Shown here: piece by piece, positions 28,982 to 37,576 of the stretch
Numbering within the stretch: the stretch's first letter is position 1
Layout of the letters: each line of letters starts with the position of its first letter
DNA from: Eubacteriales bacterium
Lineage (GTDB): Bacteria > Bacillota > Clostridia > Oscillospirales > CAG-272
Reading direction: 5' to 3'
DNA length: 64,000 nucleotides
NCBI GenBank assembly: GCA_045612185.1
Contig: JAZKYO010000030.1
Span: 159,265 to 223,264, forward strand
Made by a program: the position numbers and the translations under genes
The notes under the pieces: generated by a model
The model's database searches: none
What the model was told of the DNA's origin: nothing
What the model saw: the letters and a program-made list of their open reading frames with translations, nothing else

Positions 28982-30025
28982 ATGGCAAGCAATTTAAGTT
29001 TACAGCAGGCTAACAGGGCTAAAAATGATGAGTTTTACACGCAATTATCGGATATTGAGAACGAATTGATACATTACAAGGATTTTTTCTGTGGGAAAAT
29101 CGTTTTTTGTAACTGCGACGACCCATACGAGAGCAATTTTTTCAAGTATTTTGCAATGTACTTTAATCATTTAAAATTGAAAAAGCTTATTGCGACTTGC
29201 TACGATTCCTCCCCCGTTGCGGGTGAACAGCTTTCTCTTTTTCCCGACAAGCGCCCATACAAAATTGAAATTTCCGAGGTCAACGACGAAAACGGTGACG
29301 GCGCAATAGACCTTGCCGACGTAGAATATTTATTAAAAAACAAGAAAAACACGCTTACACGGCTGAAAAGCGGTGATTTTCGCTCCGAAGAATGTATAAA
29401 AGCTTTAAAGCAGTGCGACGTGGTTGTAACTAATCCCCCCTTCTCTCTGTTCAGAGAATACGTTGCTCAGCTTATGGAGTATGATAAAAAGTTTATAATT
29501 ATTGGAAATCAAAACGCCATTACGTATAAAGAGATTTTCCCGCTATTAAAAGAAAACAAGATTTGGTTGGGTCACGGATTTCGAGCGGGAAATGCCTATT
29601 TTAGAATTCCAAGCCACATAAAAGATTATGCAAGCGGAGTATATGACGAAAAAACGGGACTTGTAAAATTCAGAAACTGCACTTGGTTCACCAACATAGA
29701 CCACAAAAAGCGTCACGAAAGCCTGATACTGTACAAGAATTATTCCCCCGAAGAATATCCCAAATACGACAATTACGACGCTATTGAGGTAAGCAAAACG
29801 GCTGATATTCCTTGCGATTATGACGGTATTATGGGTGTGCCGATTACTTTTATTGACAAGTATAATCCCGAACAGTTTGAGATATTAGGTCTTTCTGCGT
29901 CCGCCGGATATAATGAAAAAATTGTTGGTATTCAGTTTTTAGGAGAAAAAGATGCTCGACCATTAATAAACGGAAAAAACACATACGCCAGAATATTTAT
30001 CAGGAGAAAACAAAATGGAAATTAA
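28982..30025 (+). CDS. N6-adenine DNA methyltransferase, EcoRI-methylase family
   Basis: 347 aa. It has an N-terminal NDEFYTQ, then IVFCNCDDPYESNFFKYF, the catalytic VVTNPPFSLF (NPPF) and GVPITFIDKYNP. The RBS is GAGGT (28969-28973). GC content is low. Confidence 0.8.
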   Translation: MASNLSLQQANRAKNDEFYTQLSDIENELIHYKDFFCGKIVFCNCDDPYESNFFKYFAMYFNHLKLKKLIATCYDSSPVAGEQLSLFPDKRPYKIEISEVNDENGDGAIDLADVEYLLKNKKNTLTRLKSGDFRSEECIKALKQCDVVVTNPPFSLFREYVAQLMEYDKKFIIIGNQNAITYKEIFPLLKENKIWLGHGFRAGNAYFRIPSHIKDYASGVYDEKTGLVKFRNCTWFTNIDHKKRHESLILYKNYSPEEYPKYDNYDAIEVSKTADIPCDYDGIMGVPITFIDKYNPEQFEILGLSASAGYNEKIVGIQFLGEKDARPLINGKNTYARIFIRRKQNGN

Positions 30026-31124
30026 GCTACACGAAATAGAAATTCGCGACGTTTGCAACGGTTACAAGGACAGCCAGGAAAACGGTGTTGTGGGCTATGG
30101 CGGAAAGCTAAATATTCGCCCCGCCTTTCAACGGGAATTTGTTTACAACGAGAAACAGAGAAACGCAGTCATCGAAACTGTTATGAAAGGCTTCCCCCTT
30201 AACGTTATGTATTGGGTTGTGGACGAAAACGAAAATTACGAGCTTCTTGACGGACAACAGCGCACCTTAAGCATTTGTCAATACGTAAACGGTGATTTTT
30301 CGGTAAACGGACGGGCTTTCCACAATTTAACCAACTTTGAAAAAGAAAAAATCCTTGCATATCCCTTGATGATATACATTTGCCAAGGCAATGACAAGGA
30401 AAAGCTGGATTGGTTTGAAACAATTAATATTGCAGGCGTTCAGTTAAAAAAGCAGGAGCTTCGCAACGCCATATACACGGGTGAGTGGCTTACCGATGCC
30501 AAACGCTATTTTTCAAAGAAGGGCTGTGTGGCGTACAAATTGGCAAGCGGTTATTTTTCGGGAGAAGTAAACAGACAGGATTATTTGGAAACGGTGCTTA
30601 AATGGGTTGCCGACAAGGAAAATACCACCATCGAGGAATACATGTCAAAGCACCAGCACGACAGCCACGCAACACCGCTTTGGCAATATTTGCAGTCTGT
30701 TATAGCTTGGGCGCAGTCTATATTCGTTTACTACCGCAAGGAAATGAAGGGCTTGGAGTGGGGGCTTTTTTACAACAAATACGGACAAAACGTGTACAGC
30801 CCGAGAGAAATGGAGCACCGCATATACGAATTGCTTAGAGACGATGACGTAACCAAACGCTCCGGCATTTACGAGTATCTGTTAAGCGGCAACGAAAAGC
30901 ATTTAAACATCAGAGCTTTCACCGAAAACGAACGAAGATTGGTTTACGAGCGTCAAGACGGAATTTGCCCTTTATGCCAAAATGAAAAACGCGAAAAAAT
31001 AAAATACAATTTTTCAGAAATGGAAGCCGACCACATAACGCCGTGGTGCGAGGGCGGTCAGACCCACGTTTACAACTGCCAAATGCTTTGCAAAGAACAC
31101 AACAGACGAAAATCAAATAAATAA
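30015..31124 (+). CDS. DUF262 (ParB/GmrSD-N-like NTPase) domain fused to a C-terminal HNH nuclease
   Basis: 369 aa. The DUF262 motifs are RPAFQREFVY and LLDGQQRT (30249-30263). The C-terminal zinc HNH is CPLC...EADHITPWCEGGQTHVYNCQMLCKEHNRRKSN (30966-31121). An AGGAG RBS lies 8 nt upstream. The gene overlaps the MTase gene by 11 nt. Confidence 0.8.
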   Translation: MEIKLHEIEIRDVCNGYKDSQENGVVGYGGKLNIRPAFQREFVYNEKQRNAVIETVMKGFPLNVMYWVVDENENYELLDGQQRTLSICQYVNGDFSVNGRAFHNLTNFEKEKILAYPLMIYICQGNDKEKLDWFETINIAGVQLKKQELRNAIYTGEWLTDAKRYFSKKGCVAYKLASGYFSGEVNRQDYLETVLKWVADKENTTIEEYMSKHQHDSHATPLWQYLQSVIAWAQSIFVYYRKEMKGLEWGLFYNKYGQNVYSPREMEHRIYELLRDDDVTKRSGIYEYLLSGNEKHLNIRAFTENERRLVYERQDGICPLCQNEKREKIKYNFSEMEADHITPWCEGGQTHVYNCQMLCKEHNRRKSNK

Positions 31125-31132
31125 AATAACAC

Positions 31133-31175
31133 AAAGCAGGAGCTGTCTCGTTAAGTACAGTCCCTGCTTTGTTTT
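31133..31175 (+). terminator. Rho-independent terminator after the DUF262-HNH gene
   Basis: Outer stem AAGCAGG / CCTGCTT with an inner CTGT/ACAG pairing, followed by GTTTT. Confidence 0.65.
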
Positions 31176-31221
31176 ATAAATAGCAATAAATTGTAGTTTG
31201 CCGCCTCGCCGGCAAGAAACC

Positions 31222-31254
31222 AAAAAACGCAGACCTTTCAGGTCTGCGTTTTTG
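31222..31254 (-). terminator. Rho-independent terminator after rpsU
   Basis: Stem ACGCAGACC / GGTCTGCGT with a TTTC loop, flanked by A6 and T5. Confidence 0.8.
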
Positions 31255-31267
31255 AGACAAATAATTA

Positions 31268-31444
31268 TTACTTGTACTTGCGCTTTCTTGCGGCTTCAGA
31301 CTTCTTCTTACGCTTAACACTAGGCTTTTCGTAGTGTTCTCTCTTGCGAAGTTCGGTGAGGACGCCGGAACGAGCGCACTGACGCTTAAAGCGACGAAGG
31401 GCACTGTCCAAGGACTCGCCTTCTTTTACTCTAACTTCTGCCAT
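31268..31444 (-). CDS. rpsU: 30S ribosomal protein S21 (58 aa; below the ORF-track size cutoff)
   Basis: My own translation of the minus strand gives [58 protein letters not shown], a canonical S21. A GGAGGGAGGGA RBS lies upstream. Confidence 0.92.
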   Translation of the reverse strand: MAEVRVKEGESLDSALRRFKRQCARSGVLTELRKREHYEKPSVKRKKKSEAARKRKYK

Positions 31445-31500
31445 TTACTTATTCCCTCCCTCCGCATGCTGCGACCAAGTCGCAACAATACTCTTTGTAT

Positions 31501-31529
31501 ATTATACTACAATTAAAACGAATTGTCAA
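31501..31529 (-). promoter_or_regulatory. Sigma-70-type promoter for rpsU
   Basis: The minus strand reads consensus TTGACA (31529-31524), a 17-nt spacer, then consensus TATAAT (31506-31501). Confidence 0.65.
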
Positions 31530-31557
31530 TATAATTTTAAAATTTTTTCAAGCTTTT

Positions 31558-33957
31558 TTAGGGCTTTATTACAATATTGACGATTTTGTTGGGTACGGCG
31601 ATCTCTTTTACGATAGTTTTACCCTCGATAGCATCTGCCACTACCTTCTTTGCCTCGGCTATCGCCTCGTCCTTGGGGCAGTTTACGGGAAGCATTACGC
31701 GCGCTCTTACCTTACCGTTGATCTGTACGGCAACCTCAACAGAATTGTCAACCGTCTTTGCCTCGTCATATTCGGGCCACTCAGCTGTGGAGCAAAGTCC
31801 CTTGTTTCCGAGAATCTCCCAGATTTCCTCACAGATATGAGGAGCAAAGGGGCAAAGCACTCTTACAAGGATTCCAAGCTCGTCCTTAGTGATTGTTCCT
31901 ACCTCGTAAACGTCGTTGATATAGCCCATCATTGCCGCTATGGCGGTATTGAACTTCATATCGTCGATGTCGAGGGTGACCTTCTTGATAAGCTTATGGG
32001 TCTTGGTTTCAAGAGCCGCCGTTACGCCCTCGCCCTTGGCAATATCCACAAGGTCCATAACTCTGTCAAGGAATCTCTTACAGCCCTTGATGCTGCTTTC
32101 CGACCACGGGGCTGCCGCTCCGTAATCGCCCATAAAGAGTATATAAGTACGAAGAACGTCTGCTCCGTATTGGTCAACAACCTCATTGGGGTCGATAACG
32201 TTTCCGCGGGACTTGGACATTTTCTCTCCGTCAGGACCGAGGATAAGGCCTTGCGCGGTTCTCTTTGCGTAAGGCTCTTCGGTATTTACCTCGCCCATAT
32301 CGTAGAGGAACTTATGCCAAAAACGGGAGTAGATCATATGACGGGTAACGTGCTCCATACCGCCGTTATACCAGTCTACGGGCATCCAATATTTAAGCTT
32401 TTCGGGGTCTGCAAGGCATTTATCGTTATTGGGGTCGATGTAACGCAAGAAGTACCAGGACGAGCCTGCCCACTGAGGCATGGTGTCGGTTTCTCTCTTT
32501 GCGTCCTTACCGCAGACGGGACACTTGCAGTTTACGAACTCGGGGATTTTCGCAAGAGGCGACTCGCCGCCCTCTCCGGGCTCAAAGTTCTTAACGTCGG
32601 GAAGTCTGAGCGGAAGCTCTTCTTCAGGTACGGGAACCATTCCGCAATGAGGGCAATGAACGATCGGGATAGGCTCACCCCAATATCTCTGGCGATTGAA
32701 CGCCCAGTCCTTCATCTTATACTGAACACCTTCTTCACCTATTCCCTTTTCCTCAAGGTACTCTATCATTCTCTTGATGGAGTCCTTTTTATTTGTGTAG
32801 CCGTTGAGGAAGTCGGAGTTAACCATTTCGCCGTCGCCTGTGTAGGCTTCCTTAGAAATGTCTCCGCCCTTGATTACCTCGATTATATCGATTCCGAATT
32901 TATTTGCGAACTCAAAGTCACGCTCGTCGTGCGCGGGAACCGCCATAATTGCGCCCGTACCGTACCCCATCATAACGTAATCGGCAACGTAAATAGGAAT
33001 TTCCTTACCGTTAAGGGGGTTAATTCCGCAAATACCCTCAATCTTTACTCCGGTCTTATCCTTATTGAGCTGTGTACGCTGGAACTCGGTTTTCTTAGCG
33101 CACTCCTCGCGGTATGCCTCAAGCGCTTCGTAGTTGGTTATCTTGTCGCGGCATCTTGCAAGCATAGGATGCTCGGGCGCGATAACCATAAATGTTACTC
33201 CGAAAAGCGTATCGGGGCGGGTTGTGTAGATACGAAGCTCCTCGTCTGTTCCGCCGACCTTGAAGTTGACGAACGCGCCCGTGGATTTTCCTATCCAGTT
33301 AACCTGCTGTTGCTTTACCTGAGGAAGGTAGTCAACGCCTTCAAGTCCTTCAAGAAGCTTATCGGCGTACTTGGTTATTCTGAGATACCAAACGTCCTTG
33401 GACTTCTGCACGATATCGCTGTGACAGATATCGCATTTGCCGCCCTGAGAGTCCTCATTTGAAAGGACAACCTTACAGTGAGGACAGTAGTTTACAAGTG
33501 CGGTATCGCGGTAAGCAAGACCCGACTTGAAAAGCTCAAGGAATATGTGCTGAGTCCATCTGTAATACTTCTCGTCGGTTGTATCAATGGTTCTGGTCCA
33601 GTCAAAGGAAAAGCCTACGCGCTTAAGCTGATTGGTAAACTTTTCGATGTTGGCATCGGTAAGTATTCTGGGGTGTGTATTGAACTTTATAGCGGAGTTC
33701 TCGGTGGGAAGTCCGAATGCGTCAAAGCCTATCGGGAAAAGGACGTTATAGCCCTGCATTCTCTTTTTACGGCTTACTACTTCAAGTCCCGAATACGCCT
33801 TTATGTGTCCAACGTGCATTCCCGCTCCGCTGGGATACGGGAACTCTACAAGTCCGAAAAACTTGGGCTTGCTTGAATTATCCTGAGCCTCAAAAACGTG
33901 CTCAGCATCCCATCTGTCCTGCCATTTCTTTTCAACAGTTAAAAACTCGTATTTCAT
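31558..33957 (-). CDS. leuS: Leucyl-tRNA synthetase
   Basis: 799 aa. It has the class I HIGH motif (GMHVGHIKAY), KMSKS (GEKMSKSRGN) and a CP1 editing insertion. Confidence 0.97.
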   Translation of the reverse strand: MKYEFLTVEKKWQDRWDAEHVFEAQDNSSKPKFFGLVEFPYPSGAGMHVGHIKAYSGLEVVSRKKRMQGYNVLFPIGFDAFGLPTENSAIKFNTHPRILTDANIEKFTNQLKRVGFSFDWTRTIDTTDEKYYRWTQHIFLELFKSGLAYRDTALVNYCPHCKVVLSNEDSQGGKCDICHSDIVQKSKDVWYLRITKYADKLLEGLEGVDYLPQVKQQQVNWIGKSTGAFVNFKVGGTDEELRIYTTRPDTLFGVTFMVIAPEHPMLARCRDKITNYEALEAYREECAKKTEFQRTQLNKDKTGVKIEGICGINPLNGKEIPIYVADYVMMGYGTGAIMAVPAHDERDFEFANKFGIDIIEVIKGGDISKEAYTGDGEMVNSDFLNGYTNKKDSIKRMIEYLEEKGIGEEGVQYKMKDWAFNRQRYWGEPIPIVHCPHCGMVPVPEEELPLRLPDVKNFEPGEGGESPLAKIPEFVNCKCPVCGKDAKRETDTMPQWAGSSWYFLRYIDPNNDKCLADPEKLKYWMPVDWYNGGMEHVTRHMIYSRFWHKFLYDMGEVNTEEPYAKRTAQGLILGPDGEKMSKSRGNVIDPNEVVDQYGADVLRTYILFMGDYGAAAPWSESSIKGCKRFLDRVMDLVDIAKGEGVTAALETKTHKLIKKVTLDIDDMKFNTAIAAMMGYINDVYEVGTITKDELGILVRVLCPFAPHICEEIWEILGNKGLCSTAEWPEYDEAKTVDNSVEVAVQINGKVRARVMLPVNCPKDEAIAEAKKVVADAIEGKTIVKEIAVPNKIVNIVIKP

Positions 33958-33995
33958 TTATAAAAATTCCTTTCTTAATGTCGGATATTTTAAAC

Positions 33996-34397
33996 TCAGT
34001 TATCAAGAACAAGCTCGGGAGCCGTATCTCCGTAAAGCTTATCAAGATTATAAAAGTCTCTTGCCTCGCGGCTGAAGATATGCACTACAACGCTGCTGTA
34101 ATCAACCACGCCCCAAGTGTCGTTTCCTCTGCCCTCTACGTTATAGGGTAGCACGCCTCTTTCGCCTATCTTATACTCAACCTCGCCCGCTAGCGCCTTT
34201 ACCTGAGTGCTGGAATTACCCGTACACAGTACAAAATAGTCGGCTATAGAGGTCTTATCTTCAACATAAATGACCTTTATGTTATGACCTTTTTTGGAAT
34301 CCAGCACCTCGGCTATGGCAAACGCAAGCTCCTTGGGAGTCGCATTTTCAAGCGAAGGAAGCTTTTTTTCTTCTGTTGTCAAATTCATTTCTTCCAT
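33996..34397 (-). CDS. rsfS: Ribosomal silencing factor RsfS (Iojap family)
   Basis: 133 aa. It has ...DYFVLCTGNSSTQVKALA...WGVVDYSSVVVHIF.... It sits in the conserved nadD-yqeK-rsfS neighbourhood. Confidence 0.85.
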   Translation of the reverse strand: MEEMNLTTEEKKLPSLENATPKELAFAIAEVLDSKKGHNIKVIYVEDKTSIADYFVLCTGNSSTQVKALAGEVEYKIGERGVLPYNVEGRGNDTWGVVDYSSVVVHIFSREARDFYNLDKLYGDTAPELVLDN

Positions 34398-34413
34398 TTT
34401 CTGTTCATTCCTT

Positions 34414-35397
34414 TTATTTTATTGCTATATCTATACCCTCGCCGTCGATTTCGGCAGCGTTATATATTCTCGCTTCAATTTCTTTTTGGTAAACTATTTC
34501 AAATTCGGCTCGTTTTGAGTCTGAAAAGAGATGCTCGGGGTCAAACTCACTACCGTTTGTCAACGGCGCAAAGAGTTTTTCACACCCATCGTGCGAAAGG
34601 ATATAAAACCACGCTCCGCTCTGTTCTGAGCGCACCTCCTCACCCGGAAGTGTGACAAATCTTATATTCTCGGTCTCGGCTTTTTTTATTGTCGCAAAAA
34701 CCGAAAGCTGAGAAACGCTGAGATTCGTTTTGACGTATTTAAGCGAAAGCCTTGCAAGCGGAAGAATGTCCGATTCGTCAATCTCTTTAAGCGCTTTTTT
34801 GGCAAGCGCGGAAAGAAAAATCTTTTGCGCGTCCATTCTGCCAAGGTCAGCTCTCAGGTAGCCCGCGCGATAACGCACAAAGCCCACGGCATCGTCTCCC
34901 GAAAGGGTTTGAAGCCCTTTTTTCAAGTGTATTGAAAGCCCCTGGTCCGGGTCATCGTAATCCATATCGGACGGAACCGACAGCTCTACTCCGCCAAGAA
35001 GATTTACCGCATCCTTAATAAGTCTTGTATCAAATGAAATATATCCGTCCACCTCAAGTCCGATCGCTTTACCAAGCAACTCACAGATCTTATCCTCACC
35101 GAGTATCCGCGGTGCGCCGTTAATCTTTTTGTAGCTATTCTCACCGAGAAAAACGTAGGTATCTCTCGGAATCTGATACGCTGTAAGAGATTTTTCTTCG
35201 GAATTCACCGAGGCAAGAATCATTACGTCGGCAAGCCCCGAGGTATTATCTCTGCCAAGCAAAAGTATATTTTTAGTTTTTGACCCGTCGGCAAAGACGG
35301 TAATCGGTTCTTCCCCGACAGCAACAGCGTTCGGGAGAATTACAAGCAGAGCGGCACACACAAACAACGCGACTTTTCTCGCGGCAGACTTCAACAT
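34414..35397 (-). CDS. LytR-CpsA-Psr (LCP) family cell-envelope phosphotransferase
   Basis: 327 aa. It has an N-terminal TM/signal segment, NILLLGRDNTSGLADVMILASV, and ...IPRDTYV.... Confidence 0.82.
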   Translation of the reverse strand: MLKSAARKVALFVCAALLVILPNAVAVGEEPITVFADGSKTKNILLLGRDNTSGLADVMILASVNSEEKSLTAYQIPRDTYVFLGENSYKKINGAPRILGEDKICELLGKAIGLEVDGYISFDTRLIKDAVNLLGGVELSVPSDMDYDDPDQGLSIHLKKGLQTLSGDDAVGFVRYRAGYLRADLGRMDAQKIFLSALAKKALKEIDESDILPLARLSLKYVKTNLSVSQLSVFATIKKAETENIRFVTLPGEEVRSEQSGAWFYILSHDGCEKLFAPLTNGSEFDPEHLFSDSKRAEFEIVYQKEIEARIYNAAEIDGEGIDIAIK

Positions 35398-35412
35398 AAA
35401 ACACCTCTTGGT

Positions 35413-36051
35413 TCAGTTGACCTCCCCGCAAAGTGAGATTATCAGCGCGTTTCTGGCTTTGAAGGTATCTTCGTGCACGATGCAATTTTCGGCTATAAGG
35501 TTAGCCACAGTCATATCAAATGAGGTAACAAGCGTTTTCGCAAGGTGAGTTTCGCGCTCGCTTTCACTCATTTTTTCAGGATGCGCGTCCCAGAAAATAT
35601 GGCGCAGCTTTACGCAATCCTCAAACTTACGCGACTCGTCTATATAGTCGGCAAGGTACACTATTTTTTCCATAAGCGTCATTTCGGCGTTTCCCGTGGT
35701 ATGCCATCTGACTGCCGAAATCACTTCATCATCGGCAAATTCGGGATACCTTGCGGGAATAAGCATCGCCGCGGTTCTCGCGTGAAAGGTCTTTGGTGTT
35801 AGAATGTCTTGCTTTGTAATTATTATACCAAATTCGCGGCAAATTTGCATCTGCGTTTCGGTCGTATACTCTTTTGTAATATCGTGCAAGAGAGCCGCCA
35901 CACGCAAAAGATCTATTTTTTGAGGTAAGTAAATTTCACCTATTCTCGCCGCCATTTTTTCAACCTCGGCGGTATGAAAAAATCTTTTTTCCGACATGGT
36001 GTCGGAGATCGTTTTACGCAACGAGGTTATCTGTTCTTCGCTGAATTTCAT
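35413..36051 (-). CDS. yqeK: HD-domain protein YqeK (bis(5'-nucleosyl)-tetraphosphatase family)
   Basis: 212 aa. It has the HD motif (AALLHDITK) and sits immediately downstream of nadD. Confidence 0.85.
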   Translation of the reverse strand: MKFSEEQITSLRKTISDTMSEKRFFHTAEVEKMAARIGEIYLPQKIDLLRVAALLHDITKEYTTETQMQICREFGIIITKQDILTPKTFHARTAAMLIPARYPEFADDEVISAVRWHTTGNAEMTLMEKIVYLADYIDESRKFEDCVKLRHIFWDAHPEKMSESERETHLAKTLVTSFDMTVANLIAENCIVHEDTFKARNALIISLCGEVN

Positions 36052-36056
36052 ATTGA

Positions 36057-36677
36057 TTACTTATACAAATTGTTTTCAAGAATGTATTTTTCAACCGCGG
36101 GCGGGACCAATCCGCTTATGCTTTGTCCTGCTTTCACGGCATCCCGAACCTGCGAGGAGCTTATACTTACAGGCTCGCCCACAAGCTTTCTGAACATTTT
36201 TCCGCTTTCGTTAAAATACTTTGTAAGCTTATTGACTATCATAGAATCAAGCATTGCGTCCTTTTCCCTTCTCATATAGACGGGATAACAAAGGTCAAGT
36301 ATCTCGCGGTACTTATACCAACGGTCAAATGAAAGCACCATATCCGTGCCGCAGAACAAAAGCAATCTTCTGCCAGGAGCTGAAAGCTCTTTTACGGTAT
36401 CCACGGTATAGCTTTTCCCGCCGCGCTCAATTTCCATTTCCGAAATCACCACGCCGTCAATGTCCTTAAAGGCAAGGCGGCACATCTCAACGCGGTGTTT
36501 TGGGTCGTTATCGAAATCAACCGTTTTATGAGGCGGAATGGCGGTAGGGATAACGAACAGATAGTCCAACCGCATTTGCTCCATAAAAAGCTTTGCGGCG
36601 GCAATGTGACCGTTATGAACAGGGGCAAACGTACCGCCGAATATGCCTACTCTGGTATCGGGTATCTGCTCAGTCAT
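36057..36677 (-). CDS. nadD: Nicotinate-nucleotide adenylyltransferase
   Basis: 206 aa with the GIFGGTFAPVHNGHI (T/HxGH) motif. Confidence 0.9.
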   Translation of the reverse strand: MTEQIPDTRVGIFGGTFAPVHNGHIAAAKLFMEQMRLDYLFVIPTAIPPHKTVDFDNDPKHRVEMCRLAFKDIDGVVISEMEIERGGKSYTVDTVKELSAPGRRLLLFCGTDMVLSFDRWYKYREILDLCYPVYMRREKDAMLDSMIVNKLTKYFNESGKMFRKLVGEPVSISSSQVRDAVKAGQSISGLVPPAVEKYILENNLYK

Positions 36678-36678
36678 A

Positions 36679-36966
36679 TCAAAGCTCGATTTTCTTGTGC
36701 TTTACCGACTCTCTGTAAAGCACTATTTTTCTGCCGAGAACGGCAACTACGTCAGCGCCCGTTGTCTCGGCAAGCGTATCGGCGGCGCTTCTTGCGGTTT
36801 CCTCAGAGTTTTCAAGCACCGAAAGCTTGATAAGCTCCTTAGCCTCAAGGGCGTCGTCCACTGTTTTTACAAGGTTATCACCGATTCCACCCTTGCCTAT
36901 CTGCATAATGGTTGGCAGATTTACGGCAAGCGAGCGGAGATAGGCTCTCTGTTTAGATGTTATCAT
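36679..36966 (-). CDS. yhbY: RNA-binding protein YhbY (CRM domain)
   Basis: 95 aa. MITSKQRAYLRSLAVNLPTIMQIGKGGI.... Confidence 0.85.
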   Translation of the reverse strand: MITSKQRAYLRSLAVNLPTIMQIGKGGIGDNLVKTVDDALEAKELIKLSVLENSEETARSAADTLAETTGADVVAVLGRKIVLYRESVKHKKIEL

Positions 36967-36976
36967 TTTTTATTCC

Positions 36977-37570
36977 TTACTCAGTTATTATTTCTTTAAG
37001 CTTGCGGGCAAACGCCTCTACGGCAAGTCCGCGGTGACTTATTGAATTCTTTTCCTCAGCGCTCAGGTCCGCAAAGGTTTTTTCAAGCGGAGGATAGTAG
37101 AATATGGGGTCGTATCCGAAGCCGCCATTTCCGCTGGCATTTTCGGTTATCACTCCCTCTGCTCTTCCCTCAACCGAAAACTCTCTTCCGTCGGGAAGCA
37201 CGCAGGCTATGGTGCAAACAAACGCCGCGCTTTTGTCCTCTTTATCAGTCAAAACCTTAAGGAGCTTGGCGTTATTTGCGGCGTCGTCTCCGTGAGTGCC
37301 CGCATATCTTGCGGAATAAATTCCCGGCGCTCCGTCAAGGGCGTATACGCAAAGTCCCGAATCGTCACCGACGCTTATTTTACCCGAAGTCGCGGCGGCT
37401 CTCGCTTTTATAAAAGCGTTTTCCTCAAATGTCAAGCCGTCCTCCTCAATATCGCCCTCAAATCCAACATCGTCAAGTGACAAAAGCTTAACGCCGTCTA
37501 TGAATTTTGAAAGCAGTGCTTCAAGCTCGGATATTTTATGCTTATTTCTTGATGCTATAACTATTTCCAT
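36977..37570 (-). CDS. rdgB: dITP/XTP pyrophosphatase (RdgB/HAM1 family)
   Basis: 197 aa. It has IVIASRNKHKISE..., ...DDSGLCVYALDGAPGIYSARYAG... and ...GFGYDPIF.... Confidence 0.9.
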   Translation of the reverse strand: MEIVIASRNKHKISELEALLSKFIDGVKLLSLDDVGFEGDIEEDGLTFEENAFIKARAAATSGKISVGDDSGLCVYALDGAPGIYSARYAGTHGDDAANNAKLLKVLTDKEDKSAAFVCTIACVLPDGREFSVEGRAEGVITENASGNGGFGYDPIFYYPPLEKTFADLSAEEKNSISHRGLAVEAFARKLKEIITE

Positions 37571-37576
37571 AATCTC

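Noticed and set aside
28600-31300. I looked for att-like direct repeats, an integrase or transposase, a tRNA target or inverted terminal repeats flanking the MTase/nuclease island.
   Set aside because: None were found by eye. The island is bounded only by terminator hairpins, so I cannot call it a mobile element. The mode of acquisition remains unknown.
31495-33462. A 655-aa plus-strand ORF.
   Set aside because: It is antisense to leuS, which has HIGH and KMSKS motifs. Its sequence is featureless and hydrophobic, so it is a shadow ORF.
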